64,000 bases of DNA from an uncultured Verrucomicrobiae bacterium (GTDB lineage: Bacteria > Verrucomicrobiota > Verrucomicrobiia > Chthoniobacterales > JAFAMB01): contig CAWIPH010000002.1 of assembly GCA_963837955.1 (NCBI GenBank), positions 2,816,001 through 2,880,000 on the forward strand. The letters are read 5' to 3'. A program made the translations under genes and the position numbers. Under the pieces are notes generated by a model. It did not search any database. It saw nothing but the letters and a program-made list of their open reading frames with translations, and was not told where the DNA came from. Positions within the stretch are counted from its first letter, which is position 1. Each line of letters opens with the position of its first letter. Shown piece by piece: positions 1 to 10,272 of the stretch.

Positions 1-875
1 ATGGTGGTCATGATCAGGGCGCCGAGGACCGAGCCTAAGATCGTTCCTTGCGCGCCGCTCAGGCTGGCGCCGCCAATGACGGCTGCGGCGATAGCGTATA
101 ACTCATAAGTGCTTCCTGCGGTCGGCGCAGCCATACGCACCCGAGCAGTCAATACCACGCCGGCTATACCGGCCATCATCCCGCTGATCCCGTAGGCAAG
201 ATATAAGTTTGCTCGGAGGCTAATGCCGCTTAACCGAGCCACTTCGGGGCTGGAGCCAATCGCGTAAACGTTCCGACCAAATCGGGTGCGATTGAGCACG
301 ACCGTTAGAACGACGGCGAGAATTGCCCACACCCAAAACTGCGAAGGCATGCCGAAGTAATCGGCATTGCCGAATCGTAGGAACCCTTCCGGTAAGCCGG
401 AAATCGTTCTCGCGTTCGTGAGGAGTTGGACCAATCCACGAACCATGGTCATTGACCCAAGAGTCGCGATGAATGGAGCAATCCCGCCTTCGTGGATCAT
501 TACTCCATTCCCTACGCCCACCAGGAAGCAGGCACCGACTGCGACGATAGCGGCTAACCAGGGTGCAATCCCGCTGGTCATCAGCATCCCGACTATCATT
601 CCGGCTAAACCGACAACCGATCCGACCGAAAGATCGATCCCGCCGGTGATAATGACTACAGTCATTCCCAGCGCGATGATTCCGTTAATTGCCGATTGCT
701 TAACTAGATTCGAGAGATTTCCGGACGTCAGAAATACCGGGGTGGCAAAAGTCAAAAAAATACACAGCACCATGAGGATCGACGCCAAAGTCACCTCGGT
801 TCCATATCGTTGGAGAATCGATCCTCGCCTTGGGCGGCGGGCAAATTCCGGTTTCGTTAGTGGAGCGGTCGCCAT
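1..875 (-). CDS. Ribose/CUT2-family sugar ABC transporter permease (3' end runs off window)
   Basis: Not in ORF track. Hand translation from ATG at 875 gives MATAPLTKP...GMTVVIITGGIDLSVGS...IAPFIATLG...TRFGRNVYAIGSSPEVARLSGI...YELYAIAAAVIGGASLSG, the RbsC-type motifs. Follows the ABC ATPase. Confidence 0.93.
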   Translation of the reverse strand, partial: MATAPLTKPEFARRPRRGSILQRYGTEVTLASILMVLCIFLTFATPVFLTSGNLSNLVKQSAINGIIALGMTVVIITGGIDLSVGSVVGLAGMIVGMLMTSGIAPWLAAIVAVGACFLVGVGNGVMIHEGGIAPFIATLGSMTMVRGLVQLLTNARTISGLPEGFLRFGNADYFGMPSQFWVWAILAVVLTVVLNRTRFGRNVYAIGSSPEVARLSGISLRANLYLAYGISGMMAGIAGVVLTARVRMAAPTAGSTYELYAIAAAVIGGASLSGAQGTILGSVLGALIMTT

Positions 876-880
876 AGCCA

Positions 881-2401
881 CTAAACCATCGCTTGTTCGG
901 ACGAGGCGCTAGCCGATTTCTCGAGACCCGATGCCATCCGAAGTAATTTTTCTTCGGTCGCGTCTTCATGATCGACGATACCCATCGATTTTCCTTCTCT
1001 CATGACCAAGATGCGATCTGCAATCGCGATCACTTCGGGTAGATAGGACGAGATCATGATGATTGTCTTTCCATCATCTACTAACTTTTGTAGCAAATTA
1101 TATATCTCAAGGCGCGCGCCAACGTCGACTCCGATGGTCGGTTCATCGAACAACAAAATCTGCGGTTCGATTGAAAGCCATTTCCCGATCACTACCTTTT
1201 GTTGATTACCGCCGCTCAGGTTGGCAACCTTTTGATACGGTGAGCTCGCCTTGATGTTAAGCGCCTGCATAAATCGCGATGTTGTCTCGCGCTCGACGCC
1301 CTCCCGAAGGAAACCAAACCGTGTGCTTTGGCGACGATGAATCAGATTGAGATTTGTTCGGACATCGAGCGGAAGTGCCAAGGACTGTTGCTTCCGGTCT
1401 TCACACACCAGTCCAAACCCTCGCTTGATCATATTCATCGGACTGCGCGGACGAATAGGTTTGCCGTTTAACAAAATCTCGCCCCTATCGTACCCGTCCG
1501 CGCCAAACAACGCATGCATCAACTGCGATCGTCCGGCCCCGACGAGTCCGTAAATTCCGAAAATTTCGCCACGAGCCACCGAAAAGCTAATATCGGCAAA
1601 ATGCCGAGCCGACGAAAGATGTTTTACTTCCAGAACGTTCTCACCCAGGCGAGAGCTTCGGGTCGGAAACGCATCTTCGACATTCCGACCGACCATCAAC
1701 GAAACAAGCTGATCCTTGTTGGTCTCGGCAATCGGCAACGTGGCGACATAGCGTCCGTCCTTCAGCACGGTCACCCGATCACAGATCGAAAAGATCTCTT
1801 CCATTCGATGCGAAATATAAACAATTGATTTACCCTCTCGCCTCAGCCGACGGATAATTTCAAAAAGCATATCCGTCTCCGCGGTAGTAAGGAGAGCGGT
1901 TGGTTCATCGAAGATAATCAGGCGTGCTCCTTGCCAAACCACCTTGGCGATCGCGACGAGCTGCTGCCGGGCGATCGTCAGCTCGGAAACTAAGTGCCGC
2001 GAATCAACCGCTATGCCAAGACCGGCCAAAAATTCGTCCGTTTTTCTAAAGACGAGATTCCAGTCAACTAGTCCTCCTTTCAAAGGAAGGGATCCCATGA
2101 AAAAATTTTCACCAACACTGAGATGGCGCGCCAACATGACGTCCTGATAGACCGCGGCCAGTCCCAGTTCTTTGGCCTTCGATGGACTTCGAATATCTTG
2201 TTCAACACTATCGATCACAATCGATCCGATATCCTTGTGGTAAACGCCCATCAGGATCTTGATTAGCGTCGATTTCCCGGCGCCGTTCTCGCCTACCAAA
2301 GCGTGGACTTCGCCCGGCAACACCTCGAAGTGGACAGCCGAAAGCGCTCGGACACCGCCAAAGTTCTTACTCAGATTTTCAATCTTGATGAGAGGTGACA
2401 T
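881..2401 (-). CDS. Sugar ABC transporter ATP-binding protein (RbsA/MglA type, two NBDs)
   Basis: GENGAGKSTL Walker A, IFDEPT, LSGGNQQKV signature, DEPTIGVDVGA; 506 aa. Confidence 0.95.
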   Translation of the reverse strand: MSPLIKIENLSKNFGGVRALSAVHFEVLPGEVHALVGENGAGKSTLIKILMGVYHKDIGSIVIDSVEQDIRSPSKAKELGLAAVYQDVMLARHLSVGENFFMGSLPLKGGLVDWNLVFRKTDEFLAGLGIAVDSRHLVSELTIARQQLVAIAKVVWQGARLIIFDEPTALLTTAETDMLFEIIRRLRREGKSIVYISHRMEEIFSICDRVTVLKDGRYVATLPIAETNKDQLVSLMVGRNVEDAFPTRSSRLGENVLEVKHLSSARHFADISFSVARGEIFGIYGLVGAGRSQLMHALFGADGYDRGEILLNGKPIRPRSPMNMIKRGFGLVCEDRKQQSLALPLDVRTNLNLIHRRQSTRFGFLREGVERETTSRFMQALNIKASSPYQKVANLSGGNQQKVVIGKWLSIEPQILLFDEPTIGVDVGARLEIYNLLQKLVDDGKTIIMISSYLPEVIAIADRILVMREGKSMGIVDHEDATEEKLLRMASGLEKSASASSEQAMV

Positions 2402-2420
2402 AGGGTCACGACCTATAGAC

Positions 2421-2474
2421 GGGGAGGGCGCACGTCCTCGTGCGCCGCGGATCGCGAGGACGCGATCCCTCCCC
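2421..2474. repeat. REP-like double hairpin, family 1, empty copy
   Basis: GGGGAGGGCGCACGTCCTCGTGCGCCGCGGATCGCGAGGACGCGATCCCTCCCC: terminal IR plus two internal hairpins. Related copies at 10085, 32354, 33895, 62849. Confidence 0.9.
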
Positions 2475-2480
2475 TATTGG

Positions 2481-3459
2481 CTACTTCTTCCGGCTGAGCG
2501 GATTCAACAGCCCTTTCATGTCGGGCTCGTCCATATTCTTTTTAGTTACGGCGTAAGCAAGAGTATCCGTATACTCAGGCAGCTGCTTCTTATCGACCGC
2601 TTGAACGACGTAGTCGAGACCTTTGTACCCCATTTGATACGGATCCTGTAAAATCAGTGCGTAAAGCACACCCGCCTCCAGAGCTTTCACCTCCTCCGGG
2701 TCTGAATCGAACGCAACTGCCGCGACCTTTCCAGTATGGCCGCTGTCCCGCAGCGCCACAGCTACCCCGTCACCAGTATGATTGTTATCGGCAAAGAACC
2801 CAAGGAGATCGGGGTTCGCTAATAGCAGATCGTTGGCGGACGAGATCGCTTTTTGGATGTCGTTGTCAACGTAGCGAACCGGAAGAATCTTCAATTCCGG
2901 AGCAATTTCAGCGAGGGCGCTTGGTGAAACCATCGTCCCGCTTGGTCAGAACCTCGATTCCAGCGTAGGCGCTGATTAAGGCTATCTTTCCTTTAGGTTC
3001 TTTGCCTAACGCCTTGATTGCTTCGACCAATTTGTCGGCCGCTAAGGCTCCCCCTTTTAGGTTGTCGGTAGCCAAGTGGGCAGCCGGCTTTTTCGAATTC
3101 ACGCGATTATCGACCGTGACGACCGGGATCCCTTTTTGTACGGCATCCTCGATCGCCGGAACCGAAGCGTCAGAACTGGTCGGAGCGATCAAAATGCCAT
3201 CTGGCTTCCGCGAGACGATATTCTCAAGTATCGCCACCTGCTTGTCGACGTCAGCCTCCGAAGCCGGACCATCCACGGTAATCTTCACGTCAGGATGTTC
3301 CTTCGCGTAGTTCTGGGAACCGACAACCATGTATTGCCAGAAATCGGAGTCGGTTGCTTTGATGATAACTGCGATATTGAGCGTCTTGGACTGGGCTAGG
3401 GTTAGACTGACGCAGAGGCTGAGACTAAGGAGGAATAGGGTGCTATATCGGTTTTTCAT
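2481..3459 (-). pseudogene. RbsB-type periplasmic sugar-binding protein split by a 1-nt frameshift (or sequencing error)
   Basis: ORFs 2908-3459 (signal peptide, DSDFWQY, VVTVD, ATDN) and 2481-2933 (FFADNNHTG, AFDSDPE, ILQDPYQMGY) join into one ~325-aa protein if one G of GGG at 2915-2917 is removed. Confidence 0.85.
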
Positions 3460-3541
3460 TATGTCTGGGGTTATACGGTAGTTAAACTACGGGAATCGGA
3501 GAGATGCGTGCCATCTTCACCGGAAGATTGTCATTTCGATT

Positions 3542-5941
3542 CTACTCGCCGTAAGGAACCCAGATATTTTTCACCTGGGCGGCGTGTCGAAGATATTCTT
3601 TGCCCTGCGCCTGTTGATCATCGAACCAATCGCGGCGTTTGCCAAAACTCACCCATGTTGCCTTAAGATTTCCGGAAGAGTCTCGCTCAATTTTCTCACT
3701 CAGCTCTTTCGACCCGATGCACCACACGGCCGCCACATCATCATGTTGAGCAAGCACCCGCCCAAGTTCATTGGGGTCGCCGGTTACTAGATTGATCACT
3801 CCTCCCGGCACATCGCTGGTGTCCAATACCTGATAAAGATCCGTTGCGAGGAGCGGATATCGCCAAGATGGAATAACAATCGTCCGATTGCCTAATGCGA
3901 CAGGTGGCGCGACGAGCGAGATGAAGCTCAGTAGCGGATTCTCTGGTGGGCAAACGATGCCGAGAACGCCCCATGGTTCAGGCATTGCGAGCGTGACGTT
4001 ACGGAACGGCACCGCGTGCACCTGCCCATCGTACTTATCGGCCCAGGCCGCATAATAAAAAAGGCGCTCGATCGATTTGCCAACTTCGCGCTCCGCCTGC
4101 TCGCGCGAGTGTCCGGCACTGACTGCCAGCCTATCCTCAAATTCTCGCACGCGGCTCGAGAGATTTTCTGCAAGATAATAGAGAACTTGGGCTCGAAAGT
4201 GAGCAGGCGCGCGTGACCAACTCGCCGCTTTATGCGCAGCTTCCACGGCGTTACGGATATCTTTTCGATTTCCTAGTCCTACTTCCCCGCAATAGTTTCC
4301 CGAACTGTCCTTGACCGAGAAGCTGTATCCGCTGTCGGGCCGTACCTGCTTTCCCCCGATATACAATTTTGGGGTTCGATCGATTCCCGTTCCGGATGCC
4401 GTCTCAACGAGACCTGCCGAAGGCCCGGGAGTTAGCTCAATCTCGGACTCGTCCGCCGGCCCAGCCTGTTTCTCCCAGCTTGGCACTAAATATTCATACA
4501 TCCCTTCCTTGCCTCCCTCCCGGCCGAATCCGCTTTCTCGATAGCCGCCAAAGCCGGATGCAGCATCGAACATATTTGTCGAGTTCACCCAGACAACCCC
4601 AGCCTTTAGCTTTGGCGCGATATCTAGTGCCAAGTTTACATTCTCAGTCCAGACCGATGCCGCCAAGCCATAGACCGTGTTGTTGGCCAGCTCAATCGCC
4701 TCTGACGGCGTACGAAAACTCATACTGACCAGGACCGGACCAAAAATTTCGACTTGAGCGATCTGTGACGCCGGCTCGACATTCGTGAATAATGTGGGCG
4801 GATAAAAATACCCTTCCTGAGGAACTGCCCAACTTGGCTGCCAACAGGTCGCCCCTTCGGCCTTTCCCTGCTCGACCAGTTTCTCAATTCTTTGCAGTTG
4901 GACCGGAGCCACGATTGCACCGATGTCGATCGCTTTATCCAGTGGATCGCCCACTCGCAAATTCTCCATTCGGGCACGCAGCTTTTGTTCGAGGCGCTCG
5001 GCAATACCCTCCTGCACTAACAACCGACTACCGGCACAACACACTTGTCCCTGATTAAACCAGATAGCGTCCACGACGCCTTCGACGACGCTGTCCAGGT
5101 CGGCATCGTCGAACACGATAAACGGCGATTTACCGCCCAACTCCAGGGAGAGCTTCTTACCGGTCCCTGCGGTCGCTTTCCGGATGATGCGTCCAACCTC
5201 CGTAGATCCAGTGAACGCCAATTTTTGAATTCCCGGATGGTTCACCAGCAGTTCACCGGTAGTACCATCGCCGGTAATAATATTAACCACTCCGGCCGGT
5301 AAATGTATTTGCTGGAGAACCTCGGCGAAAAGCAGAGCAGTCAACGAAGTAAATTCGGCCGGCTTTAACACGACCGTGTTACCCGCCGCTAACGCCGGTG
5401 CTATCTTCCAGGCCAGCATCAACAACGGAAAGTTCCACGGGATAATTTGACCGCAGACACCAATTGATTCGTATCCGGGAAACTCCTCGGCCACCAATTG
5501 GGCCCAACCTGCATGATAGTAAAAATGACGCGCGACAAGCGGGATATCGATGTCACGTGATTCGCGGATCGGTTTCCCATTGTCGAGCGTCTCTAAGACA
5601 GCGAATAGCCGGGAATGTTTCTGAATCTGTCGCGCGATAGCGTAAAGGTAGCGCGCCCGAACATGGCCGGTGAGGCCTGACCACTCAGGGAATGCTGTTC
5701 CGGCTGCCGCGACTGCTGCGTCTACTTCGGCTTTACCACATTGAGTGAGAGTCGCTATCGGTTGCCCGTTGCGCGGATTGATGCTTACAAACGTCTTCGC
5801 GTCCGGCGCATCTCGAAAGCGGCCGTTGATGAATGGGCGAAAGCTGTTTTGATGTTTCTTTAACCAATCCAAGGCTAGATCAGGCGCCTCCGGTGCGGGG
5901 CCGTATTCCATCGTTTCAAAAATTTCGCGAACAGTGCTCAT
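3542..5941 (-). CDS. Long aldehyde dehydrogenase, ALDH16-like (catalytic ALDH plus C-terminal second ALDH-like domain)
   Basis: IPWNFP, LKPAE, FTGSTEVG, LELGGKSP, catalytic NQGQVCCAGS, EIFGPV, FGGYRESGFGREGG, then a second ALDH-like segment from DRTPKLYIGGKQ; 799 aa. Confidence 0.92.
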   Translation of the reverse strand: MSTVREIFETMEYGPAPEAPDLALDWLKKHQNSFRPFINGRFRDAPDAKTFVSINPRNGQPIATLTQCGKAEVDAAVAAAGTAFPEWSGLTGHVRARYLYAIARQIQKHSRLFAVLETLDNGKPIRESRDIDIPLVARHFYYHAGWAQLVAEEFPGYESIGVCGQIIPWNFPLLMLAWKIAPALAAGNTVVLKPAEFTSLTALLFAEVLQQIHLPAGVVNIITGDGTTGELLVNHPGIQKLAFTGSTEVGRIIRKATAGTGKKLSLELGGKSPFIVFDDADLDSVVEGVVDAIWFNQGQVCCAGSRLLVQEGIAERLEQKLRARMENLRVGDPLDKAIDIGAIVAPVQLQRIEKLVEQGKAEGATCWQPSWAVPQEGYFYPPTLFTNVEPASQIAQVEIFGPVLVSMSFRTPSEAIELANNTVYGLAASVWTENVNLALDIAPKLKAGVVWVNSTNMFDAASGFGGYRESGFGREGGKEGMYEYLVPSWEKQAGPADESEIELTPGPSAGLVETASGTGIDRTPKLYIGGKQVRPDSGYSFSVKDSSGNYCGEVGLGNRKDIRNAVEAAHKAASWSRAPAHFRAQVLYYLAENLSSRVREFEDRLAVSAGHSREQAEREVGKSIERLFYYAAWADKYDGQVHAVPFRNVTLAMPEPWGVLGIVCPPENPLLSFISLVAPPVALGNRTIVIPSWRYPLLATDLYQVLDTSDVPGGVINLVTGDPNELGRVLAQHDDVAAVWCIGSKELSEKIERDSSGNLKATWVSFGKRRDWFDDQQAQGKEYLRHAAQVKNIWVPYGE

Positions 5942-6238
5942 AGTTTTATAACGCCGGGAACGCCGACAGCGCCGACAGCGCCGACAATGTCATGAACGCT
6001 GAGAACGGGATCAACATTGAGGAGGTCATGTGCTGTACACGGGCGTCGTAAGCAACTCCCCTCGGCGATCAACGATCGATTCCGCAAAAGATCGTTAAAC
6101 GCATGACCCCCGCCGTTGTCACCGCTGCTAGCGTTCCCGGCGTTCCCGGCGTTCCCGGCGTTCCCGGCGTTCCCGGCGTTCCCGGCGTTCCCGGCGTTCC
6201 CGGCGTTCCCGGCGTTTCTGTTTTCGCCTTTCATAGTT
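5938..6238. mobile_element. MITE-like insertion between deoC and the aldehyde dehydrogenase, flanked by an 8-bp direct repeat
   Basis: TCATAGTT at 5938-5945 and 6231-6238. Subterminal inverted repeat AACGCCGGGAACGCCG (5950-5965) vs CGGCGTTCCCGGCGTT (6201-6216). 9-nt periodic arms and a REP hairpin at 6041-6063. Confidence 0.65.
6131..6216. repeat. Perfect 9-bp tandem repeat (GCGTTCCCG)x9 plus GCGTT
   Basis: Read directly; encodes (NAG)9 in the minus-strand 98-aa ORF. Confidence 0.97.
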
Positions 6239-7238
6239 AAGCCATAGGATGCCTATGTGCCGCCGAATAGCGGCCGGTAACGAAGTGCTCGAGCTGCCGC
6301 TCGATGTCGGTAAGCAACGTAGAAGCGCCAAAACGGAATAGCTCGGGTTCGACCCATTCGCGACCCAACTCCTCCTTCATCAGGATTAACCAGGTGAGCG
6401 CATCCTTCGCGGCACGAATACCTCCGGCAGGCTTGAAGCCCACCTTGTACCCGGTCCGCTCCTGATAGCCTCGAATCGCACGAACCATGGTGAGACTAAC
6501 TGGAAGCGTAGCGTTTTCGGTCTCTTTTCCGGTTGATGTCTTGACGAAATCAGCGCCCGCCATCATCGCGACCAAGCTCGCGCGGTAAACATTCCGCAAT
6601 GTTCCTAGCTCACCGGTTGCTAGAATCGTTTTCAGATGAGCTTCGCCACAGGCTTTCCGGAATTGGAGTATCTCGTCGTACAGCGCCTGCCAGTTATCGG
6701 TCAGAACGTGCTCACGGGTAATAACGATGTCGATTTCGGCAGCACCCTCACTGACCGCATATCGTATCTCTTCCAATCGCAGACGCATTGGGCTCAGGCC
6801 ACTGGGGAATCCCGTGGCGACGGAGGCCACCGGAATGTTTGTGCCGTGCAACGCTTGAACCGCGGCCGGCACCATGGTCGGATAAACACAGACTGCTCCG
6901 ACCGTAAGACCGAGATCAGTCACGCCGAGAGACTCCAACAAATCCGGTCGAATCGGTTGCCGAGCCTTGGCACAAAGCCGGCGCACTTTTCCCGCGGTAT
7001 CGTCCCCTGCGAGAGTGGTCAAATCGATACAGCTCACCGCCTTTAGCAGCCAGGCCGCTTGCCATTGTTTCTTCACCGTGCGGCGGCCAGTTAGGCTGGC
7101 TGACCGGCGCTCAACTGCACTCAGGTTCACCCGGACATCGCGGACCCAGTCGAGATCCAGCTGGATCCCCGGATTACGATTGCGCGATGCTATACGGGTC
7201 GCTTGAACCTGCTCGAGCGTTGTCGCTGACGATTTCAT
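6237..7238 (-). CDS. deoC: Deoxyribose-phosphate aldolase (long DERA-type)
   Basis: IDLTTLAGDDT, AVCVYP, VATGFPSG, EIDIVI, HLKTILATGEL, ADFVKTSTGK, GFKPAGGIR, FRFGASTLL. Confidence 0.97.
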   Translation of the reverse strand: MKSSATTLEQVQATRIASRNRNPGIQLDLDWVRDVRVNLSAVERRSASLTGRRTVKKQWQAAWLLKAVSCIDLTTLAGDDTAGKVRRLCAKARQPIRPDLLESLGVTDLGLTVGAVCVYPTMVPAAVQALHGTNIPVASVATGFPSGLSPMRLRLEEIRYAVSEGAAEIDIVITREHVLTDNWQALYDEILQFRKACGEAHLKTILATGELGTLRNVYRASLVAMMAGADFVKTSTGKETENATLPVSLTMVRAIRGYQERTGYKVGFKPAGGIRAAKDALTWLILMKEELGREWVEPELFRFGASTLLTDIERQLEHFVTGRYSAAHRHPMA

Positions 7239-8288
7239 TTACTTCCGATCTCCACTGGGCGGAGAATGCGCCGGTCGATAGGTTCGTCCTCCGTTCATTT
7301 TTTTTAAAAGAAAGCTAGCCGTTTGTTCGTCTGTCACTAGCACGTTGTAATATCGCGCGATCAAGCCGGCCCGAACCGCTGCGTGTTTGGATCTGCCGCC
7401 GGCTACACAAATCGAACATTCCTTGTCCCGCAGCGCTTTCGGATCGAGCCCGATCGTCCGGGCATTAATCGCGTCATCTGCAATCTCACCATCGCGATTG
7501 ATAAATCGACCCAAAATGTCACCAACTGCGCCCTTCCGGCGAAGATGAGCGATTTCGGCTTTCGTCAAATGGCCCGACTCCACATGCACCGACCGGTGCG
7601 ACAGCGCTCCGACTGTGAAGCAAGCAATCGGCGTCTTCTCTGCAGCCTTGAGGACACTAGAGATTGTTGGATCCTGTTCGAGTGCTTCTTTGGTGGCGCG
7701 AAGACCGAGGATCGCCGGGACCGGCATGATTGTGGCGAAACCAGCCGCGGAAGCAGCCATTCTGACGGCAACGTCGACAGGCTGACTGGGGGAATTCGTT
7801 CGACCAATTCCACCGTTGAGCACCACCACATGCAATCCGCGATTCCATTGATGAGGCATCCACCTAACCAACGCCGCCATCGTTCGTCCCCAGGAAATGC
7901 CGAGTGTCTTTGGGCGCGGATACAAAGAAGCCAGGTAACGGGCGCCGGCGTGGGCCACCGCATCCAGAATAAATCCGTCGTTATCTACTGTCACCGGTAC
8001 GACCACCGCTTCCCGCAGAGCAAACTGGCGCTGCAAGGCGCTTTCCAGATCTGGTCGACGAGGCGCCCGGGGAGAGATGTCGATCCGAACGACATCGAGT
8101 GCCCGGGCTTCATGCAACAATCTTCCCACCTGCCAGCGGGTAAGGCCCAACTGTTTAGCAATCTCGCTTTGCGTGCGATCCAGCTCGTAATAGAGTTTTG
8201 CCGCTTGCACCATTAAATGCTCCCTCTGCTCTTCCGAAGAAACCCGGGGAGCACTTCTCCGAGACCGAGATTTTCGCTTCCCCGTCAT
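7239..8288 (-). CDS. SorC/DeoR-family sugar-binding transcriptional regulator
   Basis: N-terminal AAKLYY..TQSEIAKQLGLTRWQVGRLL HTH, GISWGRTM, GAVGDILGRF, AGGRSKHAA, NVLVTDE. Confidence 0.93.
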   Translation of the reverse strand: MTGKRKSRSRRSAPRVSSEEQREHLMVQAAKLYYELDRTQSEIAKQLGLTRWQVGRLLHEARALDVVRIDISPRAPRRPDLESALQRQFALREAVVVPVTVDNDGFILDAVAHAGARYLASLYPRPKTLGISWGRTMAALVRWMPHQWNRGLHVVVLNGGIGRTNSPSQPVDVAVRMAASAAGFATIMPVPAILGLRATKEALEQDPTISSVLKAAEKTPIACFTVGALSHRSVHVESGHLTKAEIAHLRRKGAVGDILGRFINRDGEIADDAINARTIGLDPKALRDKECSICVAGGRSKHAAVRAGLIARYYNVLVTDEQTASFLLKKMNGGRTYRPAHSPPSGDRK

Positions 8289-8392
8289 TTCAGGTCGTGA
8301 CCAGCGAGCGGTTCATTCCTTACTCAAGCTTGTCACAACCATATCTTTGGAGCAAACAACAAATGTAGATAAATCCTTCAAATGTTGATCGC

Positions 8393-8426
8393 GCTCAACA
8401 AAAGTTGTAATTTACAACAGTTGAGC
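8393..8426. promoter_or_regulatory. Nested palindrome in the divergent promoter, candidate operator of the SorC/DeoR regulator
   Basis: GCTCAAC...GTTGTAA-T-TTACAAC...GTTGAGC in an AT-rich intergenic region between divergent operons. The operator role is inferred. Confidence 0.5.
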
Positions 8427-8535
8427 AATGGGCTTAAATGCCATTCAGAGTCGACTCGCTCCGGCAAGAGGATTATGGCTTCCGGTCGCAGCCGCGCCCC
8501 CCGTTCCACCTTAGAAGATCGTCCCCCAAACAATT

Positions 8536-9972
8536 ATGAAACCCAAATTCTTCCCCTTGTGGCTTACCTGGCTGGCCGCAAGTGTCGGCACCGGCTTCGC
8601 CGAACTGCCCCATTTCAATAATGTCACCGTCACTGTTATCGGCGATGCCGGACAGAACATGGAAACGCTCAACCGGTACAAGGACGATTTTACGAAAGCC
8701 GGTATCACGATCAAACAAGTCGGAGCGACGTTCACCGGCCTCTACGACAAACTCAAAACCAGTTTTGTCGCGGGCTCGAACGAGTACGACATGGTCATCT
8801 TCTACCCGTCGTATATCGGAGACTTTGCCGGCAACGGTTACCTGTCGCCGCTCGATGAGTACATGAAGAAATCGCCGGCTTCGGTTTGGGATCCGAACCT
8901 GGCCGAAGTTGAGCCACCTTTCCGCGAGGTCTACTGCAAGTGGGCGGGAAAAACCTATGCCTTACCCTATGACGGGGATGTGCTTCTTCTGTACTACCGC
9001 AAGGATCTCTTTGAGAACCCGGAAGAGAAAGCTGCTTTTCAGAAGAAATATAATCGGGAGTTGGCTCCTCCGGCGACTTGGAAAGAATGGTTGCAGGTCG
9101 CGGAATTCTTCACTCGCAAACAGGGTGATACACTGGCCGGACAGAAACTCGATCATCCTTTCTACGGCGCCGGCGAGTATGGGGCCCGCGGTTTCAGTTA
9201 TGGGTGGTTTCTAGCTCGGTTTGCCAGCTCTGGCGGAATTTATTTTGATGAAAACATGAATCCGCAGATCAATACGCCGGCGGCGGTCGAAGGTCTGCAA
9301 AACATGATCGACAGCCTGAAATCCTGTCCCCCTGACGTGCTGAGTTATGGGTACGAAGAACTCAAGAACGGTTTCCTTAACGGCGATCTGGCCATGGTAG
9401 TGCAGTGGTCGGACGTCGGAAAAAAGACCGCCGACCCACAGCTTAGTAAGATCGTGGGGAAAGCTGGATTTGCGCTAGTTCCGGGCACCGAGGTGAACGG
9501 TCAGGTTCAGCATAAGGCACCGATGCCGGTAGGCCGGGTTTTAGCGATACCGGCAAATTCGAAGAACAAAGAAGCCGCCTATTGGGTCGCGAAATATCTT
9601 TCTCTGGACAAAAGTTCAATCACGGTTGGTGCCAATTGGAACGGGCAAGATCCTTACCGGATCAGCCATTTCACTGATACCTCACACTACAAGTTTCCAG
9701 ATGAAGCCTCGGTGAAAGACTATCTGGCAGCAGTCGAAGCAAACCTGAAAAACGGATTCCCCGATTTGAATATTCCCGGAGCAGCCCAATACATCGACGC
9801 TTTGGATGTCGCGGTGACTAAAGCCCTTTCCGGAGAAGCGGACCCGAAGACGGCGTTGGATGGTGTGGCTACGGACTGGAAAGGAATCACCGACCGGCTG
9901 GGAGCAGAAAACCAAGGGAAGTTCTGGAAAGACGCGCTGACTAGCTACCGCGCGGCCGGCCTCCTTAAGTGA
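8536..9972 (+). CDS. CUT1 (MalE-type) sugar ABC transporter substrate-binding protein
   Basis: Signal peptide, YALPYDGD.LLLYYRKDLF, PATWKEW, FLNGDLAM; upstream of two MalF/G-type permeases. Confidence 0.92.
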   Translation: MKPKFFPLWLTWLAASVGTGFAELPHFNNVTVTVIGDAGQNMETLNRYKDDFTKAGITIKQVGATFTGLYDKLKTSFVAGSNEYDMVIFYPSYIGDFAGNGYLSPLDEYMKKSPASVWDPNLAEVEPPFREVYCKWAGKTYALPYDGDVLLLYYRKDLFENPEEKAAFQKKYNRELAPPATWKEWLQVAEFFTRKQGDTLAGQKLDHPFYGAGEYGARGFSYGWFLARFASSGGIYFDENMNPQINTPAAVEGLQNMIDSLKSCPPDVLSYGYEELKNGFLNGDLAMVVQWSDVGKKTADPQLSKIVGKAGFALVPGTEVNGQVQHKAPMPVGRVLAIPANSKNKEAAYWVAKYLSLDKSSITVGANWNGQDPYRISHFTDTSHYKFPDEASVKDYLAAVEANLKNGFPDLNIPGAAQYIDALDVAVTKALSGEADPKTALDGVATDWKGITDRLGAENQGKFWKDALTSYRAAGLLK

Positions 9973-10084
9973 AGCAACCAGGCAGGGGTAGCGGTCCCGC
10001 GGCCGCGGAGTCCTGCCAATCTTAAAAGAGAACTGTTTTGCGAGGCCTGCCAGAAAGAGAATTAATTGAGCCTAACCAAAGGGC

Positions 10085-10199
10085 GGGGAGGGCGCACGTC
10101 CTAGTGCGCCGAGGATCGCGAGGATCCGACGTCGCAAAAACGCACGGTCGTTGAGCGCGATGCATCAAAGCTATGTCGGACAGGCTGCGATCCCTCCCC
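10085..10199. repeat. REP family 1 copy with cassette inserted in the right hairpin (10125-10186)
   Basis: Same termini as 2421-2474, with TCCGACGTCGC-N33-GCTATGTCGGACAGGCT after GAGGA. Confidence 0.9.
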
Positions 10200-10272
10200 A
10201 CGAGGGGCGACTGGATTCGGTAGATCTGGCGCAATCGGTTGCTCCGCGACCGTGCTACTCAATTAGCCAACG

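Noticed and set aside
5938..6234. 98-aa NAG-repeat ORF as an established protein-coding gene
   Set aside because: Lies wholly inside the TSD-flanked insertion and has no recognisable domain; treated as a by-product, though it may be translated.
6128..6331. ORF with poly-(RER) tail
   Set aside because: Alternative-frame reading of the 9-bp tandem repeat, overlapping deoC.
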